Source: Labrenzia sp. VG12 (GTDB lineage: Bacteria; Pseudomonadota; Alphaproteobacteria; Rhizobiales; Stappiaceae). Taken from it: a stretch of 24,000 bases of DNA. Positions within the stretch are counted from its first letter, which is position 1, and every line of letters starts with the position of its first letter. The position numbers and the translations under genes are program-made. The stretch spans positions 2,494,117-2,518,116 of the forward strand of contig NZ_CP022529.1 of assembly GCF_002237595.1 (NCBI RefSeq), read 5' to 3'. Of this stretch, positions 15,662 to 24,000 are shown piece after piece. A model generated the notes under the pieces. That model was not told the origin of the DNA and made no database searches. It worked only from the letters and a program-made list of their open reading frames with translations.

Positions 15662-16461
15662 ACTTGGCAGATCCAGTCCTTTCCCTGACCAACATCCACA
15701 AGGCCTTTGGCGGTGTGGTTGCCATCCAGGATTTTTCGCTCGACCTCAGGGCCGGCGAGATCGTCGCGCTTGTCGGTGACAACGGCGCCGGCAAATCCAC
15801 ACTGGTGAAGATCATTTCGGGCGTCTACAAGCCGACCTCCGGCGCGATTCGCCTGGATGGCGAGGAGGTCAGCTTCTCCGACGCGAGCTCCGCCCGCAGC
15901 CGCGGCATCGAAGTGGTCTATCAGGATCTGGCCCTGGCCGATCAGCAGCCGGTCTACATGAACATGTTTCTCGGGCGCGAACTAACCAGGCCACCCTTTG
16001 GCCTGCTCGACAAGAAGCGTATGCGCCGGGAGTGCCAGCAGCTGGTTGATGAGCTGGATGTACGCATTCCTTCTGCCAGTTCCACCATCCGCGATCTCAG
16101 TGGCGGGCAACGGCAAGGCATCGCCATTGCAAGAGCGACCCACTGGGCGTCCAAGCTGGTCCTCCTGGACGAGCCGACCGCAGCCCTGGGTGTCGCCGAA
16201 ACCGCCAAGGTGGAAGAGCTTGTCGCGTCGCTGAAGAAGAAAAACCTTGCTATCCTGATCATCAGCCACTCGCTCGACCAGGTTTTCCGCCTCTCCGATC
16301 GCATTTGCGTGCTGCGCCGCGGCCAGCAGATTGGCATTCGCGAAACGGCCGAAACCGACAAGAACGAGATCGTGTCCATGATCACCGGCGTTGCGGACAA
16401 GACCACAGACCCCGGCAAAAGTGCGGGCACGTCGGCCAGATCAGCAACGGCCGGGCTTTAG
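15658..16461 (+). CDS. ABC transporter ATP-binding protein, single NBD (FrcA-like), 267 aa
   Basis: Walker A GDNGAGKST, signature LSGGQRQ, Walker B LVLLDEPTAALG. ATGA overlap with the upstream gene. Confidence 0.9.
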   Translation: MNLADPVLSLTNIHKAFGGVVAIQDFSLDLRAGEIVALVGDNGAGKSTLVKIISGVYKPTSGAIRLDGEEVSFSDASSARSRGIEVVYQDLALADQQPVYMNMFLGRELTRPPFGLLDKKRMRRECQQLVDELDVRIPSASSTIRDLSGGQRQGIAIARATHWASKLVLLDEPTAALGVAETAKVEELVASLKKKNLAILIISHSLDQVFRLSDRICVLRRGQQIGIRETAETDKNEIVSMITGVADKTTDPGKSAGTSARSATAGL

Positions 16462-16748
16462 AACGGGATGGTGACGTTCAGAGTGAGGCCATAGGAGCGC
16501 CTTGTACCACATGCCCCGACGCCTTCGAACTCAAAACAGCGCAAATGGCCCCTTCAGCAATGACCTGAGAGACTTAATCTGTTCATCTATCCTCTGGCCC
16601 CAAATTGAAACCTTCTGCTCGCAGAGAGCTAGGCAGAGGTCTTCAAGAAAACACAGAGTTTACAAATCAGCTCCTCGGACGATTACTTGACATCGAACTC
16701 CCTTTCACTCGAACGGCCTTCTTGCCGACACCTATCGGCACAGTCTGT

Positions 16749-16928
16749 TCAGCCGACATCGGCGTGATGCGAGGATCCGTTCTGTTCCTTCTGGTATCCC
16801 TCGTCCCACAGACCGAAATAATCGGCTTCCGGTGGATAGGGATTGTCTTGTCGCATTTTCCCGTCCCGGTACGCTTCCACACCGCGTTCGAAGGCATGAA
16901 GCTGTGCCTTGGTCAAATACCCGTTCAT
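16749..16928 (-). CDS. Rmf/CrpP-like small protein (59 aa)
   Basis: ATG at 16928 is preceded by GAGGACGTGCAGG. ERGVEAYRDGKMRQDNPYPPEADYFGLWDEGY parallels the RMF pattern RG..A...G.....PY.......W..GW. Confidence 0.5.
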   Translation of the reverse strand: MNGYLTKAQLHAFERGVEAYRDGKMRQDNPYPPEADYFGLWDEGYQKEQNGSSHHADVG

Positions 16929-17423
16929 CCTGCACGTCCTCAATAAATGAGTAAAATGGCTACCCCTTGCCAATCCCCGCCCCTTCGCGGCGCAATCTCA
17001 GTGGGCGGAAAACCGGAAACGCACTACACCCAATGATTGACGCGCGCAGTGTAGTCTTCAGGATTTGTCTGACAACTGCTTTCATGCCCGCTGTTCCGGG
17101 CAGCCTGCCTTCAACGGTCCTGTGTTCTGGCAGGACAACAATACATGCAGCATGACGGAATCACTTAATACCTAGATTTTATTGTTTTTTTCTGAGAACC
17201 CTCAGGCAGAAGCAATCCCTTGCTCCGGAAATCGAGGTGGCGCGATCCAGCCAGGCTTTTTGCGCAGAACTAGCCGAAACACGGCTTTGCCGTGCCATTC
17301 TGGCGTGTCTTCTCGCGTCCCAAATGAAACGACCAATCCGCAGATGAGTCGCAAACACCCGCAATGGAACAAGTGAACGACAAACCCTACCGCAGAGTGC
17401 ACCGAGGACCTTTCTGGAAATCG

Positions 17424-18365
17424 CTAGTGCCGATGCGCACGTGGCGGCTGGCCGAATTCCAGTCGGTACGCCCGTGTCATCGCACTTGAATTGCGATATC
17501 CGCATCGCTCGGAAATCTCCGCAATGCTGAGCCGTGTCAGTTCGACAAGCCTCCGGGCTTCACGCAGCCGGATCGCCTTGTAGACACCGAGCGGTGTCAT
17601 GCCCACCTCCTGCCGAAAGTGGTCTTCCAGGCTTCTCTGGTCGATGTTCAGCCGGGCTGCCAGTTCGGCGATCGTGAGCGGCGTTTCCAGCGTCCTGCGC
17701 ATGAGTGCCGCCGCGCTGCGCACCAGGCTGTCTGCCGTCAACCGCAGACGCGGATCCTGCCGCTCAAACGCGTCGCCATGCATGAAATTGGCGGAGACTT
17801 CGAGTGCAAACAGGGCACCATGTTGCTGTTTGATCAGCTCCAGTGTCAGCTCGAAAGTGGTCGACGCGCCGCCGCAGGTGCAGGTGTCCCTGCCGGCGAC
17901 GACGCGGTCCTCAACCACATCCACTTCCGGGAAGGTTTCGGCAAAGAGAGACAGCTCGTCCCAGTGAATGGTCGCCTGGCGACCGTCCAGGAGACCGGCC
18001 GAGGCCATCAACCAAGCACCGGTATCCATGCCGACAAGGGTCGTAAAACGCCCCCTCGCCGCCCGCAGCACCCTTTGCATGCGGGCACCGGCATACTGCG
18101 TATAGTCGTAGCTCGGCATCACAAAGAGGAAATCCCCGGTCGGCATGGCCTCTGCCCAGGACCGGGTGTCCACCGGTAGCCCGCTGGAAGAGGTAACGGT
18201 GCCTCCGTCCAGGCTGACATGCTCCCAAACGTAAAGCTGCCGGCGGGCAATCGTGTTGGCCGCCCGAAACGGCTCAACGGCATTGGCAAGGCAATAGACC
18301 GAGAACTTGTCGAACAGGAAAACGCAGATTTTTCGGGAAGCGGAAGATTTTTCCGAAACCTGCAT
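17424..18365 (-). CDS. GlxA-family (DJ-1/PfpI-like plus AraC HTH) transcriptional regulator, 313 aa; CdhR/GbdR-like
   Basis: ATG at 18365 follows TTGGAGAAAAACC. ICVFLFDKFSVYCLANAVEPFRAAN, TGAWLMASAGLLDGRQATIHW, and a C-terminal HTH (LSIAEISERCGYRNSSAMTRAYRLEFGQPP). It is divergent from the acyl-CoA operon. Confidence 0.85.
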   Translation of the reverse strand: MQVSEKSSASRKICVFLFDKFSVYCLANAVEPFRAANTIARRQLYVWEHVSLDGGTVTSSSGLPVDTRSWAEAMPTGDFLFVMPSYDYTQYAGARMQRVLRAARGRFTTLVGMDTGAWLMASAGLLDGRQATIHWDELSLFAETFPEVDVVEDRVVAGRDTCTCGGASTTFELTLELIKQQHGALFALEVSANFMHGDAFERQDPRLRLTADSLVRSAAALMRRTLETPLTIAELAARLNIDQRSLEDHFRQEVGMTPLGVYKAIRLREARRLVELTRLSIAEISERCGYRNSSAMTRAYRLEFGQPPRAHRH

Positions 18366-18442
18366 GGTTTTTCTCCAAAACGGCACACTGACGTTTCCCT
18401 GCTTGTCTCACTCTCTGTTGCAAGAGGCAAGAGGAGATCCCG

Positions 18443-19603
18443 ATGGAGTTTGGTCTGAGCGAAGAGCAGGAGATGATCGTCTCCACCGTCCGCTCTTTCG
18501 TTGAAAACGAGATCTATCCGCACGAGGACATGGTCGAGAAAACCGGTCAGGTGCCTCTGGAGCTCGGTGAGGAGATCAAGCAGAAATGCATCGATCTCGG
18601 CTTCTACGCCTGCAATTTCCCGGAAGAGGTCGGCGGCGCCGGGCTCAGCCATCTGGATTTCACGCTGGTCGAGCGTGAACTCGGTCGCGGATCCATGGCC
18701 CTCAACCACTTTTTCGGCCGTCCGCAGAACATCCTGATGGCCTGCAGGGACGAGCAGCGCGAGCGCTATCTGTTGCCGGCCGTGCGCGGCGAAAAGATGG
18801 ACGCGCTGGCCATGACCGAGCCGGATGCCGGCTCCGATGTGCGCGGCATGAAATGCCAGGCCGTGCGCGACGGCGGCGATTGGGTGATCAACGGCTCCAA
18901 GCACTTCATCTCCGGGGCGGAACACGCAGACTTTTTCATCGTCTTTGTTGCCACGGGTGTCGACGAGACACCGAAAGGTCCGAAGAAACGCATCACATGT
19001 TTCCTGGTCGACAGAGGCACGCCGGGCTTTGAAGTCCGCGATGGCTACAATTCCGTCAGCCATCGGGGCTACAAGAACTACATTCTCTATTTCGACAAGT
19101 GCCGCTTACCGGACGCACAGGTTCTCGGCGAGGTTGATGGCGGTTTCGACGTCATGAACGAGTGGCTTTACGCGACTCGGCTGACCGTTGCTGCCATGAG
19201 TGTCGGCCGCGCGCGCCGCTGCTTCGACTATGCCGTGAATTATGCCGCTGAACGCAAGCAGTTCGGTCAGGCCATTGCCAAGTTCCAGGGCGTCGGCTTC
19301 CAGGTCGCCGACATGATCACCGAGATCGATGCAGCCGACTGGCTGACGCTGGTCGGCGCCTGGCGCCTCGATCAGGGGCTGCCCGCCAACCGCGAGATCG
19401 CCAGTGCCAAGGTCTATGCCACGGAAATGCTGGCCCGTGTCACGGACACGACCCTGCAGATCTTCGGCGGCATGGGCCTGATGGACGACTTTCCAATCGA
19501 ACGCTTCTGGCGCGACGCAAGGGTCGAGCGCATCTGGGACGGCACCAGCGAGATCCAGCGCCACATCATCAGCCGCGACATCTTCCGGCCGCTCGGGGCC
19601 TGA
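18443..19603 (+). CDS. Acyl-CoA dehydrogenase (386 aa)
   Basis: GAGGAG SD. ALAMTEPDAGSDV, INGSKHFISG, RKQFGQAIAKFQGV, and IFGGMGLMDDFPIERFWRDARVERIWDGTSEIQR are classic ACAD motifs. Confidence 0.9.
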   Translation: MEFGLSEEQEMIVSTVRSFVENEIYPHEDMVEKTGQVPLELGEEIKQKCIDLGFYACNFPEEVGGAGLSHLDFTLVERELGRGSMALNHFFGRPQNILMACRDEQRERYLLPAVRGEKMDALAMTEPDAGSDVRGMKCQAVRDGGDWVINGSKHFISGAEHADFFIVFVATGVDETPKGPKKRITCFLVDRGTPGFEVRDGYNSVSHRGYKNYILYFDKCRLPDAQVLGEVDGGFDVMNEWLYATRLTVAAMSVGRARRCFDYAVNYAAERKQFGQAIAKFQGVGFQVADMITEIDAADWLTLVGAWRLDQGLPANREIASAKVYATEMLARVTDTTLQIFGGMGLMDDFPIERFWRDARVERIWDGTSEIQRHIISRDIFRPLGA

Positions 19604-19606
19604 TCC

Positions 19607-21634
19607 ATGCGGTCCCTGGAACGTCTGCTCCGGCCGAACTCCATTGCCGTCATCGGCGGCGGCACCTGGTGTGAAAACGTCATCGGAGAATGCCGCAAAG
19701 CCGGTTTCAATGGTGCACTCTGGCCCGTCCATCCGAGCCGAGACGAGATTGGCGGGGTCAGGGCCTTCCGCTCGGCAGACGAGCTGCCCTCCGCACCCGA
19801 CGCGGTCTTTATTGGCGTCAACCGGAACACCACCATAGAGGTTGTGGCAAGCCTGGCGCGTCTTGGGGCCGGCGGCGCGATCTGCTTCGCCTCCGGTTTC
19901 AGTGAGGCCACGAGAGAGCTTGCCGATGGTGCGGACCTGCAGGCAGCCCTGGTTGACGCAGCCGGGGAGATGCCGATCCTTGGCCCGAACTGCTATGGTT
20001 TCCTGAACGCGCTCGATGGTGCCACGCTCTGGCCAGACCAGCATGGCCTGACACCCGTGGAATCCGGCGTTGCCATCATCGCCCAGTCCTCGAACATTGC
20101 CCTCAATCTGACCATGCAGACCCGCGGCCTGCCGATCGCCTATCTGATGACGGTCGGCAACCAGGCACAGACCGGTCTGTCGGCCATCGGCGATGCGCTT
20201 CTTCAGGATGAGCGCGTCACGGCCATAGGTCTTTACATCGAGGGCCTGGACGACCTTGCGGCCTTTGAGGCCTTTTCGCGCCGTGCCAATGCCCTCGGCA
20301 AACCGGTCGTTGCCTTGAAGATCGGCCGATCGGAGGCAGCGCAAGCAGCCACACTGTCACATACCGCATCGCTGGCCGGCAGCACGGCCGGCTCCGACGC
20401 CCTTTTCAAACGCCTGGGCATCGCGCGTGTCGACAGCCTGCCCGCGCTCCTGGAGACCCTGAAACTTCTGCATGTCGCCGGTCCGCTCGAGAGCGCAAAC
20501 ATCGCGTCCATGTCCTGTTCCGGGGGCGAAGCCAGCCTGATTGCCGACACCGCAGTTGGCCGCAACGTGACTTTCCCGGCGCTGACCGACAACCAGCGCG
20601 CAGCTTTGACCAATGCCCTCGGCCCCAAAGTCGCGCTCGCCAACCCGCTCGACTATCACACCTATATCTGGGGTGATAAAGCCGCCATGAGCCGCTGCTA
20701 TACGGCCATGATGCAGGGCGATCTTTCGCTCGGGCTCGTCATTCTCGACATTCCACGGCAGGACCGGTGCGATCCCGCAGCTTGGCTGAAAGTATTCGAC
20801 GCGGTGGAAATCGCCCAGAAAGCCTCCGGTCGCCAGATGGCCATCCTGAGTTCCCTGCCGGAACTGATGCCGGAGGCAATCGCAACCGGATTGATCGCAC
20901 GGGGCATCGTCCCGCTCTGTGGTTTCGAAGAAGCCCTTACGGCCATCGAGGCCGCTGCCCTGTTCGGGCGCCCTCTGCCGACGGACCCGGTGCATCTGCC
21001 CGGCCCGGTCAATGATCCGGAGCTTCTGGACGAGAGCAAGGCCAAGGCGCTCCTTGCAGAACACGGGCTCAGAATTCCGAAAAGCCGCAACGCCGCCAGT
21101 TCTGAGGAGGCGGCACGCGCTGCTGAGGAGATCGGCTTTCCGGTTGTGCTCAAGGGCACCGGCATTGCCCACAAGACCGAGGCTGGTGCTGTCGCACTCA
21201 ATCTGACATCTGCCTGCGATGTTCAGGAAACCGCCGAAAAAATGCCGACGGCGACATTCCTTGTGGAAGAGATGGTCACCGGAACGCTGGCCGAGCTCCT
21301 GATCGGCGTCGTCCGCGATCCGGCCCATGGCTACGTTCTGACGCTTGCTGCCGGCGGCACCTTGACCGAGCTTCTGAAAGACAGCGTCTCGCTGATCCTG
21401 CCTGTCGGTGAAGAGGACATCCGCACAGCCCTCGCCACGCTGAAGATCGGCCGCGTGCTGACGGGCTATCGCGGCATGCCTTCCTGCGACATGAAAGCAA
21501 TCGTTTCTGTCGTTCTTGCCATCCAGGCGCTTGCCTGCAGCACACCGGTCGAGGAAGTTGAAATCAATCCCCTGCTCTGCGGCAGGGACTTTGCCATCGC
21601 CGCCGATGCGCTGGTGAGACTGGGAGGAAACTGA
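19607..21634 (+). CDS. ADP-forming (NDP-forming) acyl-CoA synthetase, fused CoA-binding/ligase-CoA plus ATP-grasp domains (675 aa)
   Basis: N-terminal PNSIAVIGGG...WPVHP..., ILGPNCYGFLN, SHTASLAG, and a C-terminal ATP-grasp region (GFPVVLKG...HKTEAGAV). The architecture is that of the acetate--CoA ligase (ADP-forming) family. Confidence 0.8.
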   Translation: MRSLERLLRPNSIAVIGGGTWCENVIGECRKAGFNGALWPVHPSRDEIGGVRAFRSADELPSAPDAVFIGVNRNTTIEVVASLARLGAGGAICFASGFSEATRELADGADLQAALVDAAGEMPILGPNCYGFLNALDGATLWPDQHGLTPVESGVAIIAQSSNIALNLTMQTRGLPIAYLMTVGNQAQTGLSAIGDALLQDERVTAIGLYIEGLDDLAAFEAFSRRANALGKPVVALKIGRSEAAQAATLSHTASLAGSTAGSDALFKRLGIARVDSLPALLETLKLLHVAGPLESANIASMSCSGGEASLIADTAVGRNVTFPALTDNQRAALTNALGPKVALANPLDYHTYIWGDKAAMSRCYTAMMQGDLSLGLVILDIPRQDRCDPAAWLKVFDAVEIAQKASGRQMAILSSLPELMPEAIATGLIARGIVPLCGFEEALTAIEAAALFGRPLPTDPVHLPGPVNDPELLDESKAKALLAEHGLRIPKSRNAASSEEAARAAEEIGFPVVLKGTGIAHKTEAGAVALNLTSACDVQETAEKMPTATFLVEEMVTGTLAELLIGVVRDPAHGYVLTLAAGGTLTELLKDSVSLILPVGEEDIRTALATLKIGRVLTGYRGMPSCDMKAIVSVVLAIQALACSTPVEEVEINPLLCGRDFAIAADALVRLGGN

Positions 21635-22416
21635 TGGAAGGTCCCGTCAAGACCGAAAGACGCGGCCATATTCTGGCCGTCACGCTAGACCGGCCCAAGG
21701 CCAATGCCATTGACCTGGCGACAAGCCGGATCATGGGCGACGTCTTCACCGATTTTCGCGATGACCCGGAGCTGCGCGTTGCCATCGTCACCGGTGCAGG
21801 CGAGAAATTCTTCTGCCCGGGCTGGGATCTCAAGGCCGCTGCCGACGGCGATGCGGTCGATGGCGACTATGGCAAGGGTGGCTTCGGAGGTCTTCAGGAA
21901 CTGCGCGGGCTCAACAAGCCGGTGATTGCCGCCGTCAACGGCATCTGCTGCGGCGGTGGGCTGGAGCTGGCCCTGTCCGCAGACATCATTCTGGCCGCAG
22001 ACCATGCCACCTTTGCGCTGCCCGAGATCCGTTCCGGCACGGTTGCCGACGCCGCCAGCATCAAGCTGCCGAAGCGCATTCCCTATCACATCGCCATGGA
22101 AATGCTGTTCACCGGCCGCTGGATCGACGCAGACGAAGCTGCGCGCTGGGGCATGATCAATCACATCCATCCGGCGGCCGACCTCATGGACCAGGCCTGG
22201 AAGATGGCCGAGCTACTCGCCTCCGGCCCGCCGCTTGTCTATGCCGCGATCAAGGAGATCGTGCGCGAAGCCGAAGACATGAAGTTCCAGGATGCGCTCA
22301 ACCGCATCACCGGAAGCCAGTTTCAGACGGTGGAAACCCTCTACCGCTCGGAGGACCAGATGGAAGGCGCGCGCGCCTTTGCCGAAAAACGCGATCCGGT
22401 CTGGAAAGGCCGTTAG
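21634..22416 (+). CDS. caiD: Crotonase-family carnitinyl-CoA dehydratase-like enoyl-CoA hydratase (260 aa)
   Basis: ILAVTLDRPKANAID, RVAIVTGAGEKFFCPGWDLKAAA, KPVIAAVNG..GGGLELAL, and the C-terminus AFAEKRDPVWKGR are near-identical to E. coli CaiD as I recall it. TGATG overlap with the upstream gene. Confidence 0.85.
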   Translation: MEGPVKTERRGHILAVTLDRPKANAIDLATSRIMGDVFTDFRDDPELRVAIVTGAGEKFFCPGWDLKAAADGDAVDGDYGKGGFGGLQELRGLNKPVIAAVNGICCGGGLELALSADIILAADHATFALPEIRSGTVADAASIKLPKRIPYHIAMEMLFTGRWIDADEAARWGMINHIHPAADLMDQAWKMAELLASGPPLVYAAIKEIVREAEDMKFQDALNRITGSQFQTVETLYRSEDQMEGARAFAEKRDPVWKGR

Positions 22417-22425
22417 GAGACCAGA

Positions 22426-23343
22426 ATGCCCCTTCAAATGAACCGCGACGTCTTCATCACCTGTGCCGTCACCGGCTCCGGCGGTACCCAGGACAAGTCT
22501 CCGCACGTGCCGCGCAGCCCGAAGGACATTGCCGACAGCGCCATCGATGCGGCCAAGGCAGGCGCAGCCATCGTTCACTGTCACGTGCGCGATCCGGAGA
22601 CCGGCGCTCCATCCCGGCGCCTGGACCATTACCGGGAAGTCACCGACCGTATTCGCGATGCGGATGTCGACGTGGTCCTGAACCTGACGGCCGGCATGGG
22701 CGGCGACATTGTCTTCGGCTCGACCGAGGCGCCTCTCCCTGTCAATGAAGGTGGCACGGACATGATCGGTGCCACCGAACGCATGGCCCATGTGCGTGAG
22801 TGTCTGCCGGAGATCTGTACACTCGACTGCGGCACCATGAATTTTGCCGAAGCCGACTATGTCATGACCAACACCCCGGGCATGCTGCGGGCGATGGGCG
22901 CCATGATGACGGAGCTGGGCGTCAAGCCCGAGATCGAGGCCTTCGACACCGGTCACCTCTGGTTTGCCAAGCAGCTGGTCCAGGAAGGCACGCTTGCCTC
23001 CCCCGCCCTCGTTCAGCTGTGCATGGGCGTTCCCTGGGGTGCGCCGAACGATCTCAACACCTTCATGGCCATGGTCAATGCCATTCCGCAGGACTGGTCA
23101 TGGTCGGCCTTCAGCCTCGGCCGGGACCAGATGCCCTATGCAGCGGCGGCAGTGCTTGCCGGCGGCAATGTCCGTGTCGGGCTGGAAGACAACCTGTTTC
23201 TGGAAAAAGGTGTGCTGGCCACCAATGCCCAGCTGGTGGAAAAGGCCGTCGGCGTTGTTGAAGGCATGGGTGCCCGGATCATCGGCCCGGACGCCGTGCG
23301 CGCGCAACTGGGTCTCACCAAGCGCGCACCAGTGGCGGCCTGA
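22426..23343 (+). CDS. BKACE-family (DUF849, 3-keto-5-aminohexanoate cleavage-like) beta-keto acid cleavage enzyme (305 aa)
   Basis: GGAG SD. VFITCAVTGSG...SPHVPRSPKDIADSAIDAAKAGAAIVHCHVRDPETG... is the typical BKACE N-terminal TIM-barrel signature. Confidence 0.85.
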   Translation: MPLQMNRDVFITCAVTGSGGTQDKSPHVPRSPKDIADSAIDAAKAGAAIVHCHVRDPETGAPSRRLDHYREVTDRIRDADVDVVLNLTAGMGGDIVFGSTEAPLPVNEGGTDMIGATERMAHVRECLPEICTLDCGTMNFAEADYVMTNTPGMLRAMGAMMTELGVKPEIEAFDTGHLWFAKQLVQEGTLASPALVQLCMGVPWGAPNDLNTFMAMVNAIPQDWSWSAFSLGRDQMPYAAAAVLAGGNVRVGLEDNLFLEKGVLATNAQLVEKAVGVVEGMGARIIGPDAVRAQLGLTKRAPVAA

Positions 23344-23345
23344 CC

Positions 23346-24000
23346 ATGAGCCGGCGGGTGCTCATCACGGCCGGCGCCTCGGGCATCGGCCGCGCCATTG
23401 CCGAGCGGTTTCTGGCAGATGGCGACACGGTCGCCATCTGCGATGCCGATCCGGTTGCGGTCGAAGCCTTTTCCGCAGCTCACACGGGGGCGGTCGCTGC
23501 AATTGCCGATGTCACCTCGGAAGAGGACATGAAGGCGTTTCTGGCGGCGCTGGAAGCTGATTGGGGCGGCGTGGACGTGGTCTGCGCCAATGCCGGCACC
23601 GGCGGACCTGCGGGGGCCATCGAGACACTGGACTATGACAAGTGGCAGCGCTGCATTGCCACCAATCTGCATGGTGCCTTTCTGACCTGCCGTTGGGCGG
23701 CCAGGGTGATGAAGGCGCAAGGCCACGGCCTGATCGTGCTGACCTCCTCGACCGCCGGTCTTTACGGCTATCCGTTCCGCTCTCCATACGCGTCCGCCAA
23801 ATGGGCCATTGTCGGCCTCACCAAGACACTCGCCATGGAACTGGGGCCTCACGGTATCCGCGTCAACGCGGTCTGCCCCGGCGCGGTTGAAGGCGAGCGT
23901 ATGGACCGGGTCGTTGCCATGGAAGCCAGGGCACGCGGTGAGACCGAGGACACCATTCGCGACAGCTATGTCAAAGGCGTTTCCCTGAGAACCTGGGTAA
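23346..24000 (+). CDS. Short-chain dehydrogenase/reductase (SDR), partial, continues past the window end
   Basis: ATG at 23346, 2 nt after the BKACE stop. Cofactor motif ITAGASGIGRA, NAG motif (CANAGTGG) and catalytic YASAKWA. The frame is open to position 24000. Confidence 0.85.
   Translation, partial: MSRRVLITAGASGIGRAIAERFLADGDTVAICDADPVAVEAFSAAHTGAVAAIADVTSEEDMKAFLAALEADWGGVDVVCANAGTGGPAGAIETLDYDKWQRCIATNLHGAFLTCRWAARVMKAQGHGLIVLTSSTAGLYGYPFRSPYASAKWAIVGLTKTLAMELGPHGIRVNAVCPGAVEGERMDRVVAMEARARGETEDTIRDSYVKGVSLRTWV

Noticed and set aside
16458-16544. Minus-strand 28-codon remnant ending ...FEFEGVGACGTRRSYGLTLNVTIPF*, resembling an outer-membrane beta-barrel C-terminal signal (alternating hydrophobics, terminal Phe)
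   Set aside because: The open frame is only 28 codons. Repairing a T-run frameshift extends it into helical-looking sequence (IDEQIKSLRSLLKG) that does not resemble a beta-barrel. The evidence is insufficient for a pseudogene call.
17184-17205. Terminator-like element: T7 run plus the CTGAG-aacc-CTCAG hairpin
   Set aside because: The T-run precedes the hairpin on the plus strand, and an A-run follows it on the minus strand. It is therefore not a canonical intrinsic terminator in either direction.
1-24000. tRNA, rRNA, CRISPR arrays, IS elements/transposases, integrases
   Set aside because: I scanned by eye for T-loop-like GGTTCGA/GTTCAAATCC cores, regularly spaced repeats, and DDE or tyrosine-recombinase-like ORFs, and found none. 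tRNAscan-SE or ISfinder would be the decisive checks.

Overview
GC-rich window, probably from an alphaproteobacterial chromosome (guess from gene content, not searched). It has three parts. (1) Positions 1-9660 hold a phage-derived packaging/head gene set on the minus strand: terS, terL, a 150-aa phage protein, then a Gly/Pro-rich 75-aa protein and the portal N-terminus. There is no integrase, repressor or replication gene in the 430 bp to the right of terS. A 6.4-kb block of non-phage genes (429-6883), in both orientations, splits this set. The block carries a rhodanese, an FtrA/GlxA regulator, an orphan B12-binding (class B) radical SAM enzyme, a 559-aa orphan protein, a 75-aa ORF and an AT-rich 4-TM membrane protein. 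A roughly 116-bp imperfect direct repeat lies upstream of each of the two phage segments. (2) Positions 9817-16461 hold an uncharacterised uptake/catabolic locus: a ROK regulator, a frame-broken M20 peptidase, and a Frc/Rbs-type ABC transporter with a YhfX-like PLP enzyme between the permease and ATPase genes. (3) After a gene-poor AT-rich spacer with an Rmf/CrpP-like small gene, a second GlxA-type regulator sits divergent from an acyl-CoA operon that resembles carnitine/gamma-butyrobetaine catabolism (ACAD, ADP-forming CoA ligase, CaiD-like hydratase, BKACE, SDR). The best candidate for something undescribed is the cargo block inside the phage operon, especially the 4-TM/75-aa/559-aa minus-strand module and the radical SAM gene that converges on it and overlaps it. 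I cannot assign a function to it from sequence alone. I saw no tRNA, rRNA, CRISPR array, transposase or integrase. All family assignments are motif recognition by eye; no searches were run.
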